In this document: positions 7,852-15,025 of the stretch, piece by piece | Position numbering within the stretch: the first letter of the stretch is position 1 | Layout: each line of letters begins with the position of its first letter | Assembly: GCA_043732305.1 (NCBI GenBank) | Contig: JAYTHU010000069.1 | Coordinates: 1 to 15,025 of the forward strand | Length of the DNA: 15,025 bases | Source: Oligoflexia bacterium | GTDB taxonomy: Bacteria; Bdellovibrionota; Bdellovibrionia; JABDDW01 | Direction of reading: 5' to 3' | Made by a program: the position numbers and the translations under genes | The notes under the pieces: generated by a model | Seen by the model: the letters and a program-made list of their open reading frames with translations, nothing else | Databases searched by the model: none | What the model was told of the DNA's origin: nothing

Positions 7852-9396
7852 TTAAAACTTTATGGCGAGTGGAGACTGGTCTAAAGGCCAGGTGATCGTG
7901 ATATCATTGACGGCTTCGGTGAATCCAACGAGGGAGAACCCAGCGTAATGAGTAATTTTACGCGTGAGTTTTTCTCCAGGTTGAGAGTCATCAGTCCATA
8001 TCCATTCGACGGGTTGGCCTGCGATTTTTTCTGACATGAACACTGTCGAGCTGCTCTTTGCCCAAACTGCTTTCCCGGCATAAGAGATCTTGTCAGCTGT
8101 GGGAAAGCTCATACCTTTACTCAAAAGCTTTTCTCTTACGGGTAGGGCGTCTCTATTTTGCGATCCTATAATCCACAAAGTTCCGGAAGTAGAATGTGGT
8201 TTGCCACTCTCAATGATTTGAAATTTGACGTTTGATGGGCTTGGGTAAATTCTTTTAATGCCCGCGATCCATGGTGCTAAATCTTTTTCACTCCATTTAG
8301 GGACGGAGATTGTCACAAGATTTCTTTCTCCAAAAGCTTTGGCCAGAGCGGGCGGCATCTCCTGTTCGTAAAGTTTGCGGAAGGATTTGAATTCCGGATC
8401 AATGGCCAATGCCTTTATATTTTCGCCAAAAGTGAAATGGAAGTCTTGCTGTTGAGTTGTGCCGTTTAAATTAAAGCTTATTGTGCGAGCGGATCCATCT
8501 CCAAGTGTGACAAGTGCTTGTATCGGAATGATCACTGGAGTCGTCAATCCAGATTGACTGAGAGAAAACAAAAGTTCTCCACGAACCCCTTTTGCAGATT
8601 CGAGTTTCACCAGCGGCGCCCCTTTTTGATCGAGCCACAAATCAAAAAAAGATTTTAAACTCGCGCCGTACTGTTGAGAGAATACTGTTTCAATTTCCTG
8701 ATAGCTCACTTCTTTTCCGAAGTAAGTTTGATAAAAACTAGATAGCGCTTTATGAAATCCGTCAGTGCCGAGAAGGTTTTCAAGCATCTGAAAAAACATC
8801 AGTGCTTTCCCGTAGCCAACAGCCTGTTTTCCGCGATCTTCTCCGCGGCTCACAAATTGGCGCAGAGTTTGTTCTTCTCCACCATTTGCTGCAAAATCTT
8901 GGAAGTACTCGAGTTGTTTTCTGCGAAATTCGACCCCATGACCATCTTCAATTTGAAAAGCCAAATCCGCCATGTAAGTGGTTAGGCCTTCGCACCAATT
9001 TCCTCGCTTGTAATCGACCAACACTCCGTTTCCCCACCAGGAGTGAAGAATTTCATGAGGCAGGCTTGATCTTAATAGAAACGGCAAGCGCAAAAGTTGT
9101 GAACTAAAAATAGTTGAGCCTGGAAAAGCTTCTCCGGTATTTTCGGATCTTGTCTCATTGACTATGAAGCTTGAGTACCCATAAGGGCCGATGAGTTTTG
9201 AATAGCGATTAATGTATTGGGGAACGAGGTCGAGATATTTTTGCGCGAGTTCTGAATCTGCATCTAGTAAACTTACGGTAACCAGCGGCCCATTGGACAT
9301 TTGAGTAGAGTATTGAAAAATCTGAACTGCAATGGATTTGTCGGTTGATCCAAACGAAGCGATCGTAAAAAGAAAAATAATTAAAAAATTAAACAT
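7852..9396 (-). CDS. Secreted M1-like (gluzincin) zinc metallopeptidase with a short N-terminus
   Basis: HEILH followed by WWGNGV...WCEGLTTY (third zinc ligand Glu), a downstream GYGKALMFF Tyr motif, and FFDLWLDQKGAP. Hydrophobic N-terminal signal. SD GGGGAG lies 7 nt before the ATG. Confidence 0.85.
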   Translation of the reverse strand: MFNFLIIFLFTIASFGSTDKSIAVQIFQYSTQMSNGPLVTVSLLDADSELAQKYLDLVPQYINRYSKLIGPYGYSSFIVNETRSENTGEAFPGSTIFSSQLLRLPFLLRSSLPHEILHSWWGNGVLVDYKRGNWCEGLTTYMADLAFQIEDGHGVEFRRKQLEYFQDFAANGGEEQTLRQFVSRGEDRGKQAVGYGKALMFFQMLENLLGTDGFHKALSSFYQTYFGKEVSYQEIETVFSQQYGASLKSFFDLWLDQKGAPLVKLESAKGVRGELLFSLSQSGLTTPVIIPIQALVTLGDGSARTISFNLNGTTQQQDFHFTFGENIKALAIDPEFKSFRKLYEQEMPPALAKAFGERNLVTISVPKWSEKDLAPWIAGIKRIYPSPSNVKFQIIESGKPHSTSGTLWIIGSQNRDALPVREKLLSKGMSFPTADKISYAGKAVWAKSSSTVFMSEKIAGQPVEWIWTDDSQPGEKLTRKITHYAGFSLVGFTEAVNDITITWPLDQSPLAIKF

Positions 9397-9452
9397 CGGT
9401 GGCTCCCCGTGAAATGGAGCCTAACCTACACCCAGAGCATGTCTGCGGCAAT

Positions 9453-9481
9453 AAAAAACCCTGAGCCAGAAGGCCCAGGGT
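9453..9481 (-). terminator. Intrinsic terminator of the S8 peptidase gene
   Basis: The minus strand reads ACCCTGGGCC-TTCT-GGCTCAGGGT followed by a T-tract, about 40 nt after the S8 stop codon. Confidence 0.85.
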
Positions 9482-9522
9482 AAGCAGCTTTATAGAAAGC
9501 TAAACAAAAATAACTTAAACTA

Positions 9523-11064
9523 TTACTGAATCGCAGCGGCCAAATTGATTTTTCCACCACTGGTGCTTTTGCCATCCATAGATGAAATTTTTGTCACCGT
9601 ACTCAGCAAAGCCTTCTTCACATCGAGCGCCGAATAATTTGGGTGTGCAGCCCAAACTAAAGCTGCCGCACCAGCCACATGAGGAGTCGCCATGCTGGTT
9701 CCATCCCAAGGAATTCCAAATGCAACAGTGTCACCGTAGCGATTGCGAGTCATCGTGCTATAAATTTTCACACCGGGAGCAGCAACATCGACAGTTTTAT
9801 GTCCCCAGTTAGAAAATGATCCGAGCTTGTCGTCTTTATCGATCGCAGCCACACTAATAATATTGGCTATATCATAACTTGCGGGAACTCCGGGGCGTGG
9901 ATCGGTGTCGTTGTCATAACCTTTTCCAGAGTGTCCGTTACCAGCTGCTGCCACAAATAAAACATTGTGATCGAGTGCATTGGTGATAGCGCTTTTCAAA
10001 GCGCGATTGTCTTCGCGAGGGTCATCGCCTTCTGAGCCCCAGCTGTTAGACAAAATCTTTGCACCGTTTGCCACAGCATAATTGATTGCTTTCACTGCAG
10101 TAGCAGTGCTGCCTTGACCTTTTTCATTCAAGAATCTGAGAGCCATGATGCTGACATTGGGAGAAGCTCCAGAAATTCCTTTGGAATTATTTCCAACGGC
10201 GCCGACATTTCCTGCGCAATGAGTTCCGTGTCCAGGATTTCCACCGCCCAAAAACATTTGGAATGTACTGGATGTGACGTCATAGGGTTTGTTGGTGTTG
10301 CCCGCGAAATCCCAACCAATCACGTCATCAATAAATCCATTTTTGTCATCGTCGATCTGATTGTTCGCGATTTCGCCAGGATTGTGCCAAAGATTTCCGG
10401 CGAGGTCTTCATGCGTGTAATCCACACCGGTATCAATCACGGCCACGATCATTTTTTTGCTGCCGGTGACTTTTTTCCAAGCTTCCGTCGCATTCATGCT
10501 CTGCATTCCCCACTGCAAATTGAGTCGGGGATCTGTGCCAGGCGTGACGTTTAAAGCCATGGTTGGAATTTCTGGAATTTTTTTACCGAAACTAAATCCA
10601 GGAATCTCAATCAAATTTTTTATTTGAGAGATCAAAGTTTTTGGCAGTAAAGAATCGACCACTCGACCCGCAAGCATGTCTTCAGAGAGTTGCCTGATGA
10701 CGGGATCGTGAGATTCATAGCTCTCGATCATTCTCAATCGATAATTTGGCTGAGCGTATTCAATATCCGGATGTTGATTTAATTGTTCAATCAAATTATC
10801 AGAATTGATTTGCGTGAGTTGCTGCGGAGCTGCTTGAACGTGAACCCAATTGTCGCCGAGATCCTCAACTTGGCCGCCTTGATCAGCCATTGCGCCAAGT
10901 TGCTGCATGAGCTGCATTCTGCCTGGTCTAAATTTAATGAGAAAATCCCCTTGAGTGTTTTTGACGTTCTGCGTGTCTTGTCCGCTCTGTCTGTTCTGAT
11001 TGCCATCTGCCATTGCCAAATTCGGCGCGGCTAGCAAAAGGCTTGCTAGAATAATTCTTTTCAT
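9523..11064 (-). CDS. Secreted S8 family subtilisin-like serine protease with propeptide
   Basis: Catalytic triad in VIDTG (Asp), HGTHCAG (His) and GTSMATP (Ser); oxyanion Asn in AAAGN. Ca-binding-type insert NPGEIANNQIDDDKNGFIDD. Signal peptide MKRIILASLLLAAPNLAMA and an inhibitor-I9-like prodomain (FLIKF...IEYAQPNY). SD-like GGGGGA. Confidence 0.95.
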   Translation of the reverse strand: MKRIILASLLLAAPNLAMADGNQNRQSGQDTQNVKNTQGDFLIKFRPGRMQLMQQLGAMADQGGQVEDLGDNWVHVQAAPQQLTQINSDNLIEQLNQHPDIEYAQPNYRLRMIESYESHDPVIRQLSEDMLAGRVVDSLLPKTLISQIKNLIEIPGFSFGKKIPEIPTMALNVTPGTDPRLNLQWGMQSMNATEAWKKVTGSKKMIVAVIDTGVDYTHEDLAGNLWHNPGEIANNQIDDDKNGFIDDVIGWDFAGNTNKPYDVTSSTFQMFLGGGNPGHGTHCAGNVGAVGNNSKGISGASPNVSIMALRFLNEKGQGSTATAVKAINYAVANGAKILSNSWGSEGDDPREDNRALKSAITNALDHNVLFVAAAGNGHSGKGYDNDTDPRPGVPASYDIANIISVAAIDKDDKLGSFSNWGHKTVDVAAPGVKIYSTMTRNRYGDTVAFGIPWDGTSMATPHVAGAAALVWAAHPNYSALDVKKALLSTVTKISSMDGKSTSGGKINLAAAIQ

Positions 11065-11468
11065 CTGTATCCCCCATCCATGAGTAATGAAATTGCTATT
11101 TAGATTTTAGTTCCCCTGGGGGCGATCATATCTGGCGGATCGACCTAGACCTAACGTATTCATTGGGTTTGGCGGGAAAGCGTTCTCAAAAAGTAACAGG
11201 TGGCCTTTGACCTGACGGAAATGAAAACTTACTTCAAAAAAATGATGGCTCGGCGCGCAAAGGAAGAGCCCGAGATTGCTGCAGTGAATTCACGATATAT
11301 CCCTGAAAAAATGGAACATGGGCGGTGAAAGCGTTTCATCAGATCTGAGATTACTATGTGCTATTCACAATTGGCATTGGGGAAGGCGTCCACGTGAGAA
11401 AAGTTTCGCGATGCGCTAGAAAAATTAAGACATGCAAAACTCACTGAGACTCTGGGCCACGAAATTGT

Positions 11469-11498
11469 TTGATATCGCTCGCAAATTACTGCTAACTT
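11469..11498 (+). promoter_or_regulatory. Candidate sigma70 promoter for the nuo operon
   Basis: TTGATA (11469-11474), an 18-nt spacer, then TAACTT (11493-11498) with an extended -10 TG at 11490-11491, about 50 nt upstream of the nuoB ATG. Motif match only. Confidence 0.4.
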
Positions 11499-11547
11499 AA
11501 TCCCACTCGTCTAATTGAAAAATGGGGAATTAAAGAAAGGCATTTCG

Positions 11548-12090
11548 ATGTCGCAACCAGATTCGGCCAACACAAATTCCAACTCGATCGAAGTTATTTC
11601 GAGCGAAATGGATCAACTGCTGCACACCTCCGTTTTGAGCACAAAGGCAGAAGCATTTATCAATTGGGGCCGCAAACATTCTCTTTGGCCACTTCCTTTC
11701 GGAACCGCATGTTGCGGAATTGAATTCATGTCAGTCGTTGGGCCAAAATATGACCTCGCCCGATTCGGTGCTGAAGTCGTAAGATTTACTCCCAGACAAA
11801 GTGACATGATCATTGTTGCAGGAACCATCACTGAAAAAATGGGACCTGTTCTTAAATTAATCTACGATCAAATGCTCGATCCCAAATGGGTTATCGCCAT
11901 GGGTGCATGCGCTTCCAGCGGTGGATTTTACCGCGCGTATCACGTGATGCAAGGTGCGGATAAAGTTATTCCCGTGGACGTTTACGTTCCCGGATGCCCG
12001 CCCACACCCGAAGCAGTCATCGATGGAATCATCAGACTTCAAGAACTCATTCAAACCGGTCGCAGACGCGCACCAACACCTCTTAAGTAA
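11548..12090 (+). CDS. nuoB: NADH-quinone oxidoreductase subunit B
   Basis: N2 cluster ligand motifs [16 protein letters not shown] and PGCPP, plus RFG...TPRQSD. The ATG at 11548 follows GAAAGG, so I prefer it to the TTG at 11515. Confidence 0.96.
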   Translation: MSQPDSANTNSNSIEVISSEMDQLLHTSVLSTKAEAFINWGRKHSLWPLPFGTACCGIEFMSVVGPKYDLARFGAEVVRFTPRQSDMIIVAGTITEKMGPVLKLIYDQMLDPKWVIAMGACASSGGFYRAYHVMQGADKVIPVDVYVPGCPPTPEAVIDGIIRLQELIQTGRRRAPTPLK

Positions 12091-12097
12091 GGTTCAA

Positions 12098-13780
12098 ATG
12101 ACGGAAATTTACAAAAAAATTGAAGATGATTTGATCTCCAAGTTTGGACCTGTGGTCAATGTCACCCGCAGTATCAGAGATGATTTTGTGGTCGAAATTC
12201 CTAAAGAAAAAAATATCGAAGTGCTTTCTCATCTTAAAAACAACCATGATTTTCAATTCATGATGGATCTTTGCGCCGTGGATTATCCCGATCGCACAAG
12301 GCGATTTGATGTTGTGTATCACTTGTATGCTCCTGGAAATAAAGCGCGCGTGCGAGTGAAAACTCAAGTCGGTGTGGAAGAAGGAATTGATTCGATTCAC
12401 ACTGTTTGGCGTGCGGCGAATTGGTTTGAGCGCGAAGCCTTTGATCTCTACGGTGTATTTTTCAAAAATCATCCTAATTTGAGAAAAATTCTCACTCACG
12501 AAGAATTTGTTGGTCATCCATTAAGAAAAGATTACGACGCCAACCACCAGCAATCGGCTACAAAAGTCGAAGCGCCTTGGTATGAAAATGATCCCACTTA
12601 CATTCGGGATCCAGAAAAAAATCTAGTTCCAATCAACATTGGTCCCAGTCATCCCGCGACTCACGGGACTCTCCGAATCATGGCCGAGCTTGATGGTGAA
12701 ACTATCGAGCGCATGAACGTGGAAATTGGGTATCTGCATCGCTGTTTTGAGAAGATGGCAGAGACGCATTTTTATCAACAGGTTATTCCTTATACGGATC
12801 GATTGAATTATTGTTCCGCCCCAATGAACAACGTTGGCTATTGCAAAATGGTTGAGAGACTTCTCGGTGTGGAAATTCCCGCGAAAGCGCAAGCGATGAG
12901 AATTTTGCTCGCAGAACTTTCACGTGTGATCGATCACTTGGTTTGCATTGGAACTAACGCTGTCGATCTTGGAGCACTAACCACTTTTTGGTATTGCTTC
13001 GAACAACGCGAAAGAGTTTACACTCTTTTTGAAAAACTTTGCGGCGCACGTTTAACAGTTGCGCTCACTCGCATTGGTGGAATGGCTTACGATAATCCTG
13101 CTGGTTGGGAAAAAGAATGCCTCGAGACAATTCAAAAGATTAAAAAAGCTGTTGCCGAATTAGACAGTTTGCTCACCGGGAATAAAATCTTTATCAAGCG
13201 CACGCAAAATGTTGGAAAAATTTCCGCTGCAGACGCGATTGCATTTGGATTTACCGGACCATGTTTAAGAGCAACCGGTGTGAATTTAGATATGCGCAAA
13301 GCAGAACCTTACTACATGTACTCACAACTTGATTTTGATGTTCCAGTGGGAACTAACGGTGACACCTACGACAGATATCTTGTTCGTATGGAAGAGATGC
13401 GCCAATCACTCAGCATCTGCGAACAGATTTTAAAAAATATGCCCTCTGGCGATTACACCATTCGTGATCGCAACATTGTTCTCCCTGAGAAAAAAGACGT
13501 TTGGGGAAACATTGAAGGTCTTATGAATCACTTTATGTTGATTGTCAAAGGTGTGCGTCCTCCAGCCGGAGAAATTTACGACGCCACTGAAGCTGCGAAC
13601 GGTGAACTTGGATTTTATTTGGTCGCCGATGGTGGACCAAAACCTTACCGCTTGAAAGTACGCCCGCCTTGTTTTGCTATTTATCAGGCGTTTCCTTCGA
13701 TGATGAAGGGGCAATATGTGGCTGATGCGGTCGCCGCACTTGGAAGTTTGAACATTGTTGCAGGAGAACTTGATCGATGA
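12098..13780 (+). CDS. nuoCD: NADH-quinone oxidoreductase subunit C/D fusion
   Basis: The NuoC motifs ANWFEREAFDLYG and GHPLRKDY run in frame into the NuoD motifs NIGPSHPATHGTLR, GYLHR, DRLNY and C-terminal GELDR. The ATG at 12098 follows TAAGG. The GTG at 11954 in the ORF track lies inside nuoB. Confidence 0.95.
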   Translation: MTEIYKKIEDDLISKFGPVVNVTRSIRDDFVVEIPKEKNIEVLSHLKNNHDFQFMMDLCAVDYPDRTRRFDVVYHLYAPGNKARVRVKTQVGVEEGIDSIHTVWRAANWFEREAFDLYGVFFKNHPNLRKILTHEEFVGHPLRKDYDANHQQSATKVEAPWYENDPTYIRDPEKNLVPINIGPSHPATHGTLRIMAELDGETIERMNVEIGYLHRCFEKMAETHFYQQVIPYTDRLNYCSAPMNNVGYCKMVERLLGVEIPAKAQAMRILLAELSRVIDHLVCIGTNAVDLGALTTFWYCFEQRERVYTLFEKLCGARLTVALTRIGGMAYDNPAGWEKECLETIQKIKKAVAELDSLLTGNKIFIKRTQNVGKISAADAIAFGFTGPCLRATGVNLDMRKAEPYYMYSQLDFDVPVGTNGDTYDRYLVRMEEMRQSLSICEQILKNMPSGDYTIRDRNIVLPEKKDVWGNIEGLMNHFMLIVKGVRPPAGEIYDATEAANGELGFYLVADGGPKPYRLKVRPPCFAIYQAFPSMMKGQYVADAVAALGSLNIVAGELDR

Positions 13781-14244
13781 TTTTGCCAGCAGAAAGTAAA
13801 GCGTACATTCAAAAGGAACTCAAACGTTACGAAACCAAAGAGAGCGCACTGATTCCGGCTCTGTTCGAAGCGCAAAAAGTTTTTGGATTGATCACTCCCG
13901 CAGTGATTGATCTGCTCTCGCAAGAGATGAACATTCCTTCATCGAAAGTGAACGAAGTGTTCCGTTTTTATACGATGTTCAATAAAACTCCCGTTGGCAA
14001 ATATCACATTCAAGTTTGCACCAACATCAGTTGCGCCATGGTTGGCGCGCGTGAGTATACGCAAGGACTTTGTAAAAAACTAAACGTCAAACCCGATGAA
14101 GTTTCCGCCGATGGAAAATTCACCGTGAGCACAGCCGAGTGCTTAGGATCATGTGGAACGGCACCGATGGCGCAAGTGAATGACGATTATCACGAAAATT
14201 TAAAGTTAGAAAACGTGGACTCATTTCTGGGAGGATTTAAATAA
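13777..14244 (+). CDS. nuoE: NADH-quinone oxidoreductase subunit E
   Basis: 2Fe-2S ligand motifs CTNISC and CLGSC, and FYTMF. ATGA overlap with nuoCD. Confidence 0.95.
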   Translation: MILPAESKAYIQKELKRYETKESALIPALFEAQKVFGLITPAVIDLLSQEMNIPSSKVNEVFRFYTMFNKTPVGKYHIQVCTNISCAMVGAREYTQGLCKKLNVKPDEVSADGKFTVSTAECLGSCGTAPMAQVNDDYHENLKLENVDSFLGGFK

Positions 14245-15025
14245 TGGAAGTCAAACTTCTCTCTGAACATTATGAAAACCCTGAATATAAATCTTTAGAG
14301 GGTTATAAAAAACTCGGTGGTTACACTTCGCTTAAAAAAGCGTTCGGCATGAAGCCCGAAGAAATCGTGAATGAAGTGAAAGCTTCTGGTCTCAGGGGCC
14401 GCGGCGGAGCCGGATTTTCAACTGGAATGAAGTGGAGCTTTTTACCCGCAAATGGTGAGCCCAGATATTTGCTTTGCAACGCGGATGAAGGCGAACCCGG
14501 CACTTACAAAGATCGCAAAATGATGGAGCGAGCGCCTCATCAATTGATCGAAGGTATGATTGTTTCCGGATATGCGATTCAATCGAAAAAATCTTATATT
14601 TATGTTCGCGGAGAATATAACAAGAGCTATCGAATCATCGAAAAAGCTCTGCAAGAAGCTTACGACGCTGGTTACTTAGGAAAAAATATCCAAGGTTCTG
14701 GATTTGATCATGACATGGACGTGTATCGTGGAGCGGGTGCCTACATTGTGGGTGAAGAAACCGCTTTGATCAGTTCATTGGAAGGAAAAAAGGGACAGCC
14801 TAAACTCAAGCCACCCTTTCCAGCAGTTCAAGGTTATCTTCGCAAACCAACTATTGTGAATAATGTCGAAACACTCGCGTGTGTTCCTTGGATTGTAATC
14901 AATGGTGCTGCTGCATACAAAAAGTACGGCACCGAAAAATCTGCTGGAACAAAATTATATTCCGTCAGCGGAAATGTGAATAAACCCGGAGTCTATGAAG
15001 TCGCTCTTGGATATCCATTCAAAGA
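14244..15025 (+). CDS. nuoF: NADH-quinone oxidoreductase subunit F (3'-truncated by the window edge; absent from the ORF track)
   Basis: TAATG overlap with nuoE. Manual translation gives [10 protein letters not shown]...[17 protein letters not shown]...[14 protein letters not shown]...[13 protein letters not shown]...NNVETL, which contains the FMN/NADH-binding motifs. Confidence 0.96.
   Translation, partial: MEVKLLSEHYENPEYKSLEGYKKLGGYTSLKKAFGMKPEEIVNEVKASGLRGRGGAGFSTGMKWSFLPANGEPRYLLCNADEGEPGTYKDRKMMERAPHQLIEGMIVSGYAIQSKKSYIYVRGEYNKSYRIIEKALQEAYDAGYLGKNIQGSGFDHDMDVYRGAGAYIVGEETALISSLEGKKGQPKLKPPFPAVQGYLRKPTIVNNVETLACVPWIVINGAAAYKKYGTEKSAGTKLYSVSGNVNKPGVYEVALGYPFK

Noticed and set aside
10114..10554. 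146-aa antisense ORF, and similar ones at 1519-1887, 4064-4366, 8802-9107, 12083-12517 and 13430-13714
   Set aside because: They lie wholly or mostly opposite well-supported genes and carry no recognisable motifs, so they are best explained as shadow ORFs.
3838..11064. RiPP/bacteriocin cluster (S8 protease, ABC exporter and small ORF)
   Set aside because: There is no modifying enzyme, no C39 peptidase domain and no Cys-rich or double-glycine precursor, and S8 has its own terminator.
11245..11275. GGCGCGCAAAG resembles the GACGCAAAG core of c-di-GMP-I riboswitches
   Set aside because: The upstream GGCAAA and GNRA-capped stem are missing, and no matching downstream stem is evident.
11130..11390. 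Several TGGC sites as possible sigma54 -24 elements
   Set aside because: None has the required GG-N10-GC spacing.
11948..12097. The nuoCD frame is open about 150 nt into nuoB, which would allow a +1 frameshift NuoB-CD fusion or an extended start at 11954
   Set aside because: The extension is not NuoC-like, nuoB is complete with its own stop, ATG 12098 has a TAAGG SD, and I see no obvious slippery site.
1..15025. CRISPR arrays, tRNA/rRNA, IS elements, prophage or defence genes
   Set aside because: I saw no spaced repeats, cloverleaf motifs, transposase/integrase or nuclease signatures. Recognisable genes cover nearly the whole window.

Overview
Gene-dense bacterial chromosomal window. Gene content suggests a Bdellovibrionota/Oligoflexia-like organism, but this is inference only. 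In order, it holds: the 3' part of a TPR-like gene resembling the GltC gliding-motility family; a closely linked gene for a secreted all-coiled-coil protein; an S9 peptidase lipoprotein; a bidirectional terminator; a minus-strand block (S8 subtilase, its terminator, an N-terminally short M1-like Zn peptidase, a 120-aa charged hypothetical protein, and an asymmetric heterodimeric ABC exporter pair); a ~480-bp divergent intergenic region; and the start of a complex I operon (nuoB, fused nuoCD, nuoE, partial nuoF) with no nuoA. I found no rRNA, tRNA, CRISPR array or mobile element, and no clearly novel system can be shown from the sequence alone. The best leads are the coiled-coil rod next to the GltC-like gene, the minimal M1 peptidase, and the cluster of three exported peptidases around an ABC exporter.
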